From assembly GCA_963733195.1 (NCBI GenBank), contig CAVTCR010000009.1, positions 1-64,000 of the forward strand: a DNA stretch of 64,000 nt, given 5' to 3'. Both the position numbers and the translations under genes were made by a program. Positions 1-8,907 of this stretch are shown in pieces; within the stretch, counting starts at the first letter, position 1; the number at the start of each line of letters is the position of its first letter. The notes under the pieces were generated by a model. It made no database searches and was not told the DNA's origin. It saw only the letters and a list, made by a program, of their open reading frames with translations. The DNA comes from an uncultured delta proteobacterium (GTDB taxonomy: Bacteria > Desulfobacterota > Binatia > Bin18).

Positions 1-1
1 C

Positions 2-573
2 GAACAACAGCGCCACGCCGTCTTTCAGCGGCTGGTCGAGCAACGGGGACTACGCGCCCAGCTGCGGAGCGGGAGCTTACTCACCGGCCAACTCTTTGTG
101 GCCCTCGATTACTTCCCGAACGCGCCGCAAGCGAAGATGGATTGGAGTCAAGAAGTGCCGGAGCTGCCAGTGGTCCTGAGTACCCTCCCGGACATCGAGG
201 CGAAGCTCAGCAACATCATCGCGAAGCTAGAGAAGCTCCCACTTGAGGCGATCGGTGGCGACCTGAGAAAGGCGCTTGCCACGCTTGATCAGACGCTCAA
301 GGCTGCGGATAAGGCGGTTAATCACCTTGATACAGAAATCACTCCCGAGTTGAAGACGACCTCGACGAGCTGCACGGCACGCTTGCCACCGCCGATCGGA
401 TGCTCAAGAACACGAACGCGACGCTCGTGGGCACGGACGCTCCGGCTCAGCAGGAACTGCGGAACGCGTTGCAGGAGATCACCCGCGCCGCCCGCTCCCT
501 ACGCCTTCTGACCGACTTTCTTGAGCGTCATCCTGAGTCGCTGCTCCGCGGTAAGAGCAAGGAGAAACCCTAA
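2..573 (+). CDS. pqiB: PqiB/MlaD (MCE) family intermembrane transport protein, C-terminal part; frameshift near 360
   Basis: Translation GLRAQLRSGSLLTGQLFVALDYFP... continues after a 1-nt shift to ...RAARSLRLLTDFLERHPESLLRGK*, the typical PqiB C-terminus; precedes a PqiC-like gene. Confidence 0.85.
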
Positions 574-659
574 TGCACCGCCCTACCGTCATCGTTACCA
601 CGAGTCCCAACTTAAGGGGAGTACCGGGTTTTTTGGCGTCTATGCCACAGGTTTGGGTT

Positions 660-780
660 CCTTCTCCCCCAGGGAGAAGGTCAGGATGAGGGAAACAAAA
701 GAGAAGAAGTCCTTATTTACATTCCCTCACCCTGGCCTCCTCCGACTACGCGAAGGACAAGCTCTCCCGAAGGGAGAGGG
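660..780. repeat. REP-like palindrome doublet (CCCTCACCC...CTCTCCC-GGGAGAGGG class) with a 24-nt insert
   Basis: ccttctccc-gggagaagg-tcaggatgaggg (660-692) faces ccctcaccctggcc[738-761]ctctccc-gaa-gggagaggg (724-780). Confidence 0.7.
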
Positions 781-787
781 AATTGCT

Positions 788-1385
788 GTGCAAACGATAT
801 TAAGGTGGGACCGGTGCATCGTGATCTTCTGCGCCCTTATTCTCTTCGTGACTGGGGCTCATCCGCGCCTGTGCGCTACTACACCCTCAGCGCCGCGACC
901 GAGCCTGCCGCAGCCTCATCTGACCTGTCGGTGGTCGTGGGCCCAGTATCCGTGCCTGACGAGGTTGACCCGCCGCAGCTGGTTGTCAGCACGGGCCCGA
1001 ACCAGATACGGGTGGACGAGTTCAACCTGTGGGCATCACCGCTGCAGAGCAGTATCTCGCGTGTCGTTGCCCAGAACCTGGTCACGTTGCTGGGCACGCC
1101 GCACGTGACCTTGTTTCCGCAGACGGTGAGCGCGGACGCGGGCTATCGTGTCGCGATCGAGGTGAAGCGTTTCGACTCGGCGCCCGGGCAGGCCGCCACG
1201 CTGGACGCCGTCTGGACCGTGCGCCGCATGATGGGCGGGAGAACGGAGACGGGTCGCACCACCGTGCGCGAAGCGGTCCAGGAGAATAACTACGAGGCAC
1301 TCGTCGCCGCGCACAGCCGAGCGGTGGCGCGCCTGAGCCAGGATATCGCCAATGCCGTAAGGTGCTGGAGCGCTCTGCATCGTAA
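788..1385 (+). CDS. pqiC: PqiC-family lipoprotein; frameshifts near 855 and 1362
   Basis: Signal peptide IVIFCALILFVTG, then SSAPVRYYTL, VVVGPVSVP, WASPL, LDAVWTV, YEALVAAHSRAVARLSQDIA; lipobox Cys codon lost at the indel. Confidence 0.8.
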
Positions 1386-1497
1386 TGGCGGTGTCACCAA
1401 CTCAGATTACAAACGATTGGCTCACAGAGTAGAGGTGCATCTTGTATTCGTCCTGCGGGGTGCGACACAACGGCGCTTGGCCGCTCCCTCTTGTCTT

Positions 1498-2198
1498 TCA
1501 CCGCTGACTGTGGACGAGGTGCAATCCAACAAAGCGGGCGACCAGCACGGCCATATAGAATTGCCCAATGATCCCTTCGAGAGCAGCAAGCCCGTGGGCA
1601 GGTCCGGGAAGCGGAAGAATGTCGCCGTAGCCCACCGTAGAAAGCGTCACAAAACTGAAATACAGGAAGAGCGAAAACTGAGCGGAACGGGGATGGGCTA
1701 GGTCTGTGGCGGATGTCATCCCGTCTCCGAGCCGGAAAGAACCAGGGTGGACAGATTCCAGCAGCAGAAACAGAAATGCCCATACCAGCCCGATAAGCAA
1801 GTACACGCACAGCGCTCCACTGACGATGTCTCCCGTTACGGTCTTTGTCGTAGCACCGCAACGAGGATGAGCACAGAGATAAAGGCAAAGAAGAGTGTGC
1901 CGATCCCTTCGCCAATGAACAACAAGACGCGGCTCTCGCTAACAGACGTTACCCATCCAAGGACAAGGGCGACAACGCCGAACACGCTGGCGAAGAGGGA
2001 AATTATTCTGTTGTCACCGAACAGGTAGATATTCGTAACGAGGGTGACGAACACAAGCGCAGGTACGAAATAATGCGCCAGGTGATGACCGGCCAGAAAC
2101 GTATGGAGAAGAAAGAAAAAGAACAGGGAAATAAGCAAGAAGGAAAACCGGCCTCTGCGGAAGCCAACGGAGAGCGGGAGGAGTTGCTCATTCTGCAT
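1498..2198 (-). CDS. Potassium channel family membrane protein; frameshift near 1835
   Basis: Joined ORFs 1836-2198 and 1498-1806; several TM helices and filter YFSFVTLSTVGYGDI. Confidence 0.85.
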
Positions 2199-2344
2199 GT
2201 CACCACGTCTGAAGTCGAAACAGCGCGCCCCTGTACCGGCACGCGTGTCACGCCCGCCGTCTGGGAGACTGGGCAGTATTTAGACGGGACTGCCCACTCG
2301 GCAAGCCCGGGTATATTCAAGACGAATGGAGGGGAAAAACGTTC

Positions 2345-2509
2345 TTGAGCTTAGCCCGGCTGTGGCAGAGTCAAGGCAAGACAGATGAAGCCCGGCAGAT
2401 GCTGGCCGACATCTACGGCTGATTTACCGAAGGGTTTGACACCAAGGATTTGCAAGAGGCGAGGGCGTTATTAGGGGAATTACAGGGAACAACAAGAAAT
2501 GGGACGTAG
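2345..2509 (+). pseudogene. Remnant of the C-terminus of an adenylate cyclase/AAA/TPR protein
   Basis: [42 protein letters not shown] matches the end of the gene at 34270 ([20 protein letters not shown]); Trp codon is TGA; no upstream part. Confidence 0.8.
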
Positions 2510-2553
2510 CGTAACGAAGGATCACTCAGGCTTGCACCAGGTAAAGAAGATCC

Positions 2554-2850
2554 ATGTCGTACGAAATTATTTTTGAACCCGATGCCATGGATCATCTCCG
2601 GGCGCTCTCTGCACGAGAGCGAGCGACCGTGCTTGATATGGTAGAGGAACAACTCACGTTCGAGCCTGGACTCGAAACCCGGCACCGTAAACGTTTACGA
2701 CCGAATCCCCTTGCTCCCTGGGAACTTCGCATTGGAGCATTGCGAGCATTCTATGACATCTATACGGAAGTATCAGAGGTGCGAATTGTCGCAGTCGGAC
2801 GTAAACGTGGCAACAAATTGCTCATTGCTGGTCAGGAGTTTGTGTTATGA
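2554..2850 (+). CDS. Type II toxin, RelE/ParE superfamily
   Basis: 98 aa, MSYEIIFEPDAMDHL...WELRIGALRAFYDI...VRIVAVGRK; overlaps the next gene by ATGA. Confidence 0.8.
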   Translation: MSYEIIFEPDAMDHLRALSARERATVLDMVEEQLTFEPGLETRHRKRLRPNPLAPWELRIGALRAFYDIYTEVSEVRIVAVGRKRGNKLLIAGQEFVL

Positions 2851-3137
2851 AACGGATCGCTCTTGAGAAGACAGAGTTAACCGTTCAACAGCTTGTGCGT
2901 ATGGCGGAAACAGAGCCAGTAGTGTTGACTCGGGCTGGGGTTCCAGTCGTTGGCATGGTCGGTATGAAAGAGGCGGACCGTGAAATATGGTCTTTGGGAG
3001 ACAACCCAGAGTTTTTGTCGTTGATCGAACGCTCTCGTGCTCGGGGTCGCCGAGAAGGAGGAATTACACTTGCTGAGGCTCGTCAACAACTAGCTCCACG
3101 GCGTAGAACGACTCGCCCAGCCAAACGATCCGCGTAA
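2847..3137 (+). CDS. Putative antitoxin (Phd/YefM-like)
   Basis: 96 aa, EPVVLTRAGVPV motif, translationally coupled to the toxin. Confidence 0.65.
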   Translation: MKRIALEKTELTVQQLVRMAETEPVVLTRAGVPVVGMVGMKEADREIWSLGDNPEFLSLIERSRARGRREGGITLAEARQQLAPRRRTTRPAKRSA

Positions 3138-3238
3138 ACGGTACAGTCTCATTGTTCAGAGAAGTTCCTATCTTTTTTCTCTGTCCCAGGCAGAACCTGG
3201 GACAGAGGGCACTCTCAGAATTATCCGCAAGCTTTAAC

Positions 3239-4438
3239 TTACAGCGGCAACAATCGCTTCAACGCCGTTTCGATCTGATCGAGTCCTTGTTCGAGGTTCT
3301 TCATCGAGGTGGCGTAGGAAATACGTACATGTTCTGATGATCCGAACCCTTCCCCGGCGACCAGGGCAACTTTTCCTTCTTGTAACAGATAGAGAGATAG
3401 ATCCATCGCGGACGAGATCTTTTTGTCTTGCCACTTGGCACCGAAGTACGATGAGACGCGGGGAAATACATAGAACGCGCCTTCTGGCAGAGTGCAGGTA
3501 ATGCCAGGTATGGCGCGGAGACGATCCACGACATACTTTCGTCGTTTGGCGAACTCTTTGGCCATGATGCCGACGGGTTCTTGGGTACCGGTCAACGCGA
3601 CAACGGCTGCTGCCTGGGTAATTGAAGTCGGGTTTGAGGTGCTCTGACTCTGTAAGGTCTCGATTGCAGAGATGAGTTCCTTGGGGCCAGCCGCATAGCC
3701 CAAGCGCCACCCAGTCATAGCGTAGGTTTTGGACACCGAGTTGGCAATCAGCACCCGGTCGCGCAGGTGGGGTTTGAGCCCCAAAATATGCGGGCACTGC
3801 GGTGAGTCGTAGAGAAATTTTTCGTATACGTCATCGGAGATCACAAAGAGATTGCTCTTCTCGACGACCTCAGCAATTGCGCGCAGTTCACTTTCTGTAT
3901 AGGCTCCGCCGGTCGGGTTTGATGGGCTGTTGATCAACAAGGCTTTGCTCTGTGGAGTAATCGCCGCTTGCAGTTGCGCAGCGGTGATTTTGAATCCGGT
4001 CTTTTCGTCAGTCATCAGCAGTTTCGGTTGTCCACCAGCAAGGATGACCATGTCTGAGTAACTGACCCAGTACGGCGCCGGGATCAGTACTTCATCACCT
4101 TCACCAAACAACGCGTGAAACGCATTGAAGAGCGTATGCTTGCCGCCGCAGTTCGATGTGACTTCTTGCATACTATAGGTCAAGCCGTTGTCGCGTTGTA
4201 ATTTGGCGATAATCGCTTCTTTCAACTCCGCGGTTCCACCAACTGGGGTGTACTTGGTTTTGCCTTGCTTGAGGGCAACGATGGCAGCTTCTTTGATGTG
4301 TTCGGGGGTGTCGAAGTCCGGCTCGCCAGCGCCAAAGTCGATCACTTCGATTCCCTGGCGGCGGAGCGCAGCGACCTGCACGGTGACCATCAGTGTCGGT
4401 GAAGGCTTAATGAGTTGTAGACGTTTTGCGAGTTGCAT
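3239..4438 (-). CDS. aspC: Aspartate aminotransferase-like PLP enzyme (class I/II)
   Basis: GAGEPDFDTP, NSPSNPTG, SDDVYE, SKTYAMTGWRLGY. Confidence 0.9.
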   Translation of the reverse strand: MQLAKRLQLIKPSPTLMVTVQVAALRRQGIEVIDFGAGEPDFDTPEHIKEAAIVALKQGKTKYTPVGGTAELKEAIIAKLQRDNGLTYSMQEVTSNCGGKHTLFNAFHALFGEGDEVLIPAPYWVSYSDMVILAGGQPKLLMTDEKTGFKITAAQLQAAITPQSKALLINSPSNPTGGAYTESELRAIAEVVEKSNLFVISDDVYEKFLYDSPQCPHILGLKPHLRDRVLIANSVSKTYAMTGWRLGYAAGPKELISAIETLQSQSTSNPTSITQAAAVVALTGTQEPVGIMAKEFAKRRKYVVDRLRAIPGITCTLPEGAFYVFPRVSSYFGAKWQDKKISSAMDLSLYLLQEGKVALVAGEGFGSSEHVRISYATSMKNLEQGLDQIETALKRLLPL

Positions 4439-4457
4439 ATGACTCCTCTAAAAATGC

Positions 4458-4485
4458 GTAGGGGCACGGCATACCGTGCCCCTAC
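4458..4485. repeat. GTAG-type REP palindrome
   Basis: gtaggggcacgg-cata-ccgtgcccctac, perfect 12-bp stem; related copies at ~18622, 36057, 36214, 46867, 55907. Confidence 0.8.
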
Positions 4486-4514
4486 TAGTAATCTATTGAC
4501 ACGGCGAAGTGTTG

Positions 4515-5009
4515 TTAGGTCTTTTTATCAAACTTCTCTTTGAGACGCTTAACAACATGGGGAGGAACTAACCCGTCCACACTACCATCGAAGCTGGCAA
4601 TCTCTTTGACCAGACGTGAGGCTGTATAGAAATGTGCAGCGCCGGTCATGAGAAAGATCGTCTCGATGTGTGGTTTCATGCGTCGATTCATCAAGGCCAT
4701 CTGGAACTCGTAATCGAAATCAGAGACCGCTCGTAAACCACGAATGATGACGGTGGCGTTCTTTTTATCAACATAATCAACTAGTAATCCGTAGAAATGA
4801 TCGTACTCGATGCGGTCGTCTTCAACCTTGAGTTCCTCACGGAACATGTCGATCCGTTCTTGCGGAGTGAACAGAAAGCTATCTTTCTGCGGATTGTACA
4901 CAACTGCGACAACCACTTCGTCAACAATCTGTAAACTGCGACGAATGATGTCGATGTGTCCGTAGGTGGGAGGATCAAATGATCCAGGATAAATCGCCCG
5001 GCGTGTCAC
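4515..5009 (-). CDS. coaD: Phosphopantetheine adenylyltransferase
   Basis: YPGSFDPPTYGH, IRGLRAVSDFDYEFQMALMN. Confidence 0.97.
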   Translation of the reverse strand: MTRRAIYPGSFDPPTYGHIDIIRRSLQIVDEVVVAVVYNPQKDSFLFTPQERIDMFREELKVEDDRIEYDHFYGLLVDYVDKKNATVIIRGLRAVSDFDYEFQMALMNRRMKPHIETIFLMTGAAHFYTASRLVKEIASFDGSVDGLVPPHVVKRLKEKFDKKT

Positions 5010-5578
5010 GCAGCCTCCTGAGTCTGCCGCTGATAAAAAGACACCCCGGTTGTGCCGTAACGACGCCGGTCCGTCAAGAGCAAGGATGGATATGCCTCAG
5101 CTCCAGTTTCTTTCTGACTATGTTCGACGACAACCCATGCTTGCGGTTCAAGAATGGAGCTGCGTGCTAACAATCGTAAAACCTTATCGACCCATCCTTC
5201 ATCATAGGGAGGATCAAGAAACACGCCGCCAAAACGCAACCCCTGTTCCTCCACAACGCGAATGCCTTTGTTAGCGTACGCGCGAATCAGCCGACCGTGC
5301 CGCCGAAAACTGGTAAGCGCGAGATTCTCAAGAATCAGACGTTGAGAATCCGGACTGGCGTCAATAAAGACAGCCGACCGTGCACCGCGACTCAAGGCTT
5401 CAATGCCAAGTGCACCAGTACCAGCAAAAAGATCGAGAATCGCAACGCCTTCGAGCGCAAAGCGACTGACGATGATGTTAAAAATTGCTTCCCGCACTTG
5501 GTCAGCGGTGGGTCGAACTTTGTGGCCCTTGGGGACTTTCAGATGAAGGCCACCGGCAGTGCCGGAGACGATACGCAT
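5006..5578 (-). CDS. rsmD: 16S rRNA m2G966 methyltransferase
   Basis: MRIVSG, RPT..VREAIFN, LDLFAGTGALGIEALSRGA, DPPY; upstream of coaD. Confidence 0.95.
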   Translation of the reverse strand: MRIVSGTAGGLHLKVPKGHKVRPTADQVREAIFNIIVSRFALEGVAILDLFAGTGALGIEALSRGARSAVFIDASPDSQRLILENLALTSFRRHGRLIRAYANKGIRVVEEQGLRFGGVFLDPPYDEGWVDKVLRLLARSSILEPQAWVVVEHSQKETGAEAYPSLLLTDRRRYGTTGVSFYQRQTQEAA

Positions 5579-5589
5579 CTTCTGGGGAG

Positions 5590-5722
5590 AATTAAGAGTT
5601 AAGAATTAGAATTTAAGAATGTCAAGAATGAGGAGAAGAGTTAAGAATTTCGGAAAAAGCGAGCACGTCTTTCAGTTTTTCTTAATTTCTTCATTCTTCA
5701 CTCTTAATTCTTAATTGTTCAC
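5590..5722. repeat. Degenerate 7-mer tandem tract with inverted arms (ATTAAGA / TCTTAAT)
   Basis: Left arm aattaag agttaag aattaga atttaag...; right arm tcttcat tcttcac tcttaat tcttaat tgttcac. Confidence 0.8.
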
Positions 5723-6939
5723 TAGACCGTAAGAATATGAACAGCGAGCGCCGCGGCCTCACCGCGTACCATGCCGCCACCGTTTTCAGTCAGACCAACT
5801 TTCGCTCCCTGCACTTGGCGTTTGCCAGCTTCACCGCGCAACTGCCAGAAAATCTCTGCGAGTTGTGCTACGCCAGTTGCGCCGACCGGATGCCCTTTAG
5901 CGAGTAAACCTCCACTCGGGTTCACAGGAATGCGACCGCCAAGCGCTGTTGCACCTTCATCAATCAAGCGGCCACCTTCGCCGTGTTTACAGAACCCCAA
6001 TTCTTCGCAAATGATTAACTCTGCGGGAGCGGAGGCGTCGTGTACTTCTGCGACATGAATGTCGTTTGGTCCGAGACCGGCAACTTCGTAGGCTTTTCGT
6101 GCCATCCGTTCGGTAACTTCAGGATCACCAGGCTGACGGTCTTTGCCAGAGCCAAGCACAGACGCTTTTACGTACACTGGCTTACTGGTGAACTGCCGTG
6201 CTTTGTCAGCGCTAGTGAGGAGGAGAGCTGCTGCGCCATCACCGATCGGAGAGCACATCATGCGGGTGAGCGGGTCGGCAATCATTGGTGATGCGAGTAC
6301 ATCCTCGACTGTCCGTGGGGTTTGGAACTGCGCGTGTGGATTGAGGCTACCGTTCGTATGATTCTTCGCGGCGATTTTCGCATAGTGTTCTTTGGTCGTG
6401 CCATACTTGCGCATATGGTCACGGGCGAATTCAGCGTAGAAGTCCATGAACATGCTGCGTGACTTGCCAGCCCCGGCTTCATCGCTTGCGTCCTTGGTTG
6501 CAGTTTTCATTTTTTCCAAAGTTTGTTGCATCAATTCGACGTCGATAGCGCTGCCGATTGCAGCAAAGGACTTACCTTTATCTTCATGAAAGAGTTTTTC
6601 CATACCGAGGGCGAGGACCATGTCGTACATCCCGGAGGCCACATAGAGCCAGGCAATATGGAAGGCCGTGGCTGCGCTCGCGCAGGCATTCTCAGTGTTA
6701 ATGACGGGAACACCGCCGATGCCCATCTCGCGGAGCACGACTTGGCCACGAATGCATTCTTGACCAGTAATGAGACCTGCCATTGCATTGCCGACAGCTA
6801 CCGCTTCAAGCGCATGTTTATTCACGCCGGAAGAGTTCAGCGCACCTTCGATCGCCTCACGAGCAAGATCTTTCATACCGCGGTCCATATGTTTGCCGAA
6901 GCGAGTCATTCCCGCGCCAATAACAGCAACCTCTCTCAT
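5722..6939 (-). CDS. Thiolase family protein (SCP2/SCP-x-like)
   Basis: ENACASA, AEVHDA, NPSGGLLAKGHPVGATG. Confidence 0.92.
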   Translation of the reverse strand: MREVAVIGAGMTRFGKHMDRGMKDLAREAIEGALNSSGVNKHALEAVAVGNAMAGLITGQECIRGQVVLREMGIGGVPVINTENACASAATAFHIAWLYVASGMYDMVLALGMEKLFHEDKGKSFAAIGSAIDVELMQQTLEKMKTATKDASDEAGAGKSRSMFMDFYAEFARDHMRKYGTTKEHYAKIAAKNHTNGSLNPHAQFQTPRTVEDVLASPMIADPLTRMMCSPIGDGAAALLLTSADKARQFTSKPVYVKASVLGSGKDRQPGDPEVTERMARKAYEVAGLGPNDIHVAEVHDASAPAELIICEELGFCKHGEGGRLIDEGATALGGRIPVNPSGGLLAKGHPVGATGVAQLAEIFWQLRGEAGKRQVQGAKVGLTENGGGMVRGEAAALAVHILTV

Positions 6940-7019
6940 TGTTGTGATCCTCCCCGAGATGGATTAGCCTTCATGATAAACCACATTCCCCCTTGTTCCG
7001 CAAGGCGAACTCCGCCACT

Positions 7020-7700
7020 ATGAAGGCTTCTATGAACTGCGTGTTGGTCCCGATAAAAGCCCTTGCCCAAGGAAAAAGCCGTCTCTCCGTGTGCCTTTCT
7101 GCCGAGGCGCGTCACGCGCTGTCACGTGCCATGCTAACGGATGTGTTGACCAGCGCTCGGAGCGCGACTGCGGTTGATCGCGTGGTTGTGGTCTCCTCCG
7201 ATCCTTCGTTGTTACAACTTGCTCGTCAGCTTGAGTGTCGAAACGGTTGATGAAGAGTACCCTCGTGGCCTCAATGGTGCGGTTGCCGTCGGAACCGAGT
7301 TCTGTTTGCAATTAGGAGCCACAGCGGTGCTCGTGCTTTTGGCAGACCTGCCGTTGGTAACGGCTGGTGACATTGAACTCATTTTCCAACAGACAAACGG
7401 TGGACCTCAGGTTATCTTAGTCCCTTGTAAAGAAGGGGAGGGTACCAACGCGTTATTGCGTGTTCCACCTGAGGTTGTTCCTACCCGTTTCGGTGGACCG
7501 AGTCTCGAAGCGCATCGAAAAGTTGCCCGTGAATACCGCATTGCCTTTCAAACGGTTGAACTCCCCCACATTGCGTTTGATATCGACTCAAGCGAAGATC
7601 TGCGGTGGTTTGCGTCTCAACAAGGAACGCGACCCTGCGTGACAAGAATGGGCGGGCGAGGAGAGACAGGTAACGCAGACCCTGCGTGTACTGCAAGAAT
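7020..7700 (+). CDS. cofC: 2-phospho-L-lactate/PEP guanylyltransferase (F420 biosynthesis); frameshift near 7233; 3' end uncertain
   Basis: LVPIKALAQGKSRL...AMLTDVL; GLNGAV; ADLPL; GTNALL; FGGPSLEAH; FDIDSSEDL. Confidence 0.85.
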
Positions 7701-7762
7701 TCGGCGTGTTTACCAGAGGAGAGTCGTAAGAGGGGTCTCTGTTGCTGACAAGTCATTGAGAC

Positions 7763-7899
7763 TGGATTCCGGCTTTCGCCGGAATGACGACTACCACCCG
7801 CCCGTCATTCCGGGCGAGCAACGTGAGACCCGGAATCCATCCGCGTTTTCCTGGATTCCCGCTCCCAGTAGGACTTGGGACAGGCTGCGCGGGAATGAC
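7763..7899. repeat. Cluster of three GGATTCC...GGAATGAC palindromic repeats, the third with a nested hairpin
   Basis: ctggattccggctttcgccggaatgac; gtcattccggg...cccggaatcca; ctggattcccgc[tcccagtaggacttggga]caggctgcgcgggaatgac. Confidence 0.8.
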
Positions 7900-7926
7900 G
7901 GACGGTGGCACTCCCTCTATTTCTGC

Positions 7927-8646
7927 TCACGATCCTGTGGTGAAGCTGATTTCGCTGAACACGCGATTGCCGTTCGCTCCGATCGCACCCAGGCTTACTT
8001 CATATTCAGTGTTGGGCAGCAGCAAGCCGTTGGGAATGGCAAACGAAGAGGCATCCGCTGGCAGATCCACTGTCAGGGTGGCCTCTGTCTCGTCGTTTTC
8101 CAGTTCGAGGAAGTACCCGCTCGCGCCTGCTACCGGTGCCCATGTGATAATCTGGCCGGTCACCGGAACTCCGGTTGCCCCGTTGCTCGGTATACTGATG
8201 ACAGGGGCTGGTAACAAGTCGTGAGAAAGCGTCACTTCCCCGATCACTCTGTCTCCACCATCCACCGTTGTACCACGAAATCGGTAGACCCCGGCTGGAT
8301 ACACAGCCTTGATCTCGTCGAGTGAGAGCTCGGGCGTTTTCACCAGCACCTCGCCCTGCCCCAGATTGGGGGTGTTCTTTGAGGTGAGGGACAATACCGT
8401 CTTGTCGTTTGGCGCTATCACTTTGAGTACTTTGAGGCCCACCTCGGCATCGACCACGGTAACCACCTCCGCCTCGTTGTCCGTAGCGTTGAATTCGAGA
8501 TAGAGGGTGACAAGTTCGAACTCCGGTTCCCCTTCGTCATCATTCGTCTGTGCTTGCACGGTGCTTGTCAGGCTCAACATCATCAGGGTCGCAAGGCCAA
8601 ACACAACAAGATATTTCTCTAACCAACTGCGTTTCCTATTATTCAT
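7927..8646 (-). CDS. Secreted acidic protein, paralog 1 (probable beta-sandwich/FN3-like C-terminal domain)
   Basis: RBS aggagg + ATG 8646; signal peptide ending VQA; LYLEFNATD, YPAGVYRF, ITWAPV, VDLP, GNRVFSEISFTT align with paralogs 2 and 3. Confidence 0.8.
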   Translation of the reverse strand: MNNRKRSWLEKYLVVFGLATLMMLSLTSTVQAQTNDDEGEPEFELVTLYLEFNATDNEAEVVTVVDAEVGLKVLKVIAPNDKTVLSLTSKNTPNLGQGEVLVKTPELSLDEIKAVYPAGVYRFRGTTVDGGDRVIGEVTLSHDLLPAPVISIPSNGATGVPVTGQIITWAPVAGASGYFLELENDETEATLTVDLPADASSFAIPNGLLLPNTEYEVSLGAIGANGNRVFSEISFTTGS

Positions 8647-8696
8647 ACTTTCCTCCTTGTTGGGGACATTGTGTTGACGTTTGTCTAAAGAAAAGA

Positions 8697-8710
8697 GCAA
8701 AGACGGTGCC
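8697..8710 (-). promoter_or_regulatory. sigma54 -24/-12 promoter of paralog 1
   Basis: Minus strand GGCACCGTCTTTGC (GG-N10-GC). Confidence 0.8.
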
Positions 8711-8770
8711 GCAAAGACGTGAGACAGGTGTCGATTTTTATAGAAGAGAATGCGCAGCAACACAGAAGCC

Positions 8771-8814
8771 GACAATTTTTGCAGACAATTTTTGCACCCC
8801 CTGTCTTTTTTGCA
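8771..8814. promoter_or_regulatory. Putative enhancer (UAS) for a sigma54 activator
   Basis: GACAATTTTTGCA twice in perfect tandem plus a third degenerate TGCA box; 60 nt from the -24 element. Confidence 0.7.
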
Positions 8815-8907
8815 GGGTATGGAGGGACAGGCTCCATTCGTCTCCGCCATAAAAAAGCGACTACGAATGGAGCCCGCGATCCACGACAGCGCGCGACTTC
8901 AGCGCCT

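Noticed and set aside
521-1108. 195-aa ORF between pqiB and pqiC
   Set aside because: Reads through a REP doublet and the frameshifted pqiC signal peptide; not a separate gene
2420-2422. In-frame TGA as possible selenocysteine or recoding
   Set aside because: It replaces a conserved Trp in a start-less fragment, and other genes use TGA as a normal stop
7700-8214. Long C-terminal extension of CofC in the ORF track
   Set aside because: Runs through a palindrome cluster and antisense to paralog 1; no protein-like signal
8771-8796. Tandem 13-mer as microsatellite or CRISPR repeat
   Set aside because: Only two abutting copies, no spacers or cas genes; better explained as an activator site
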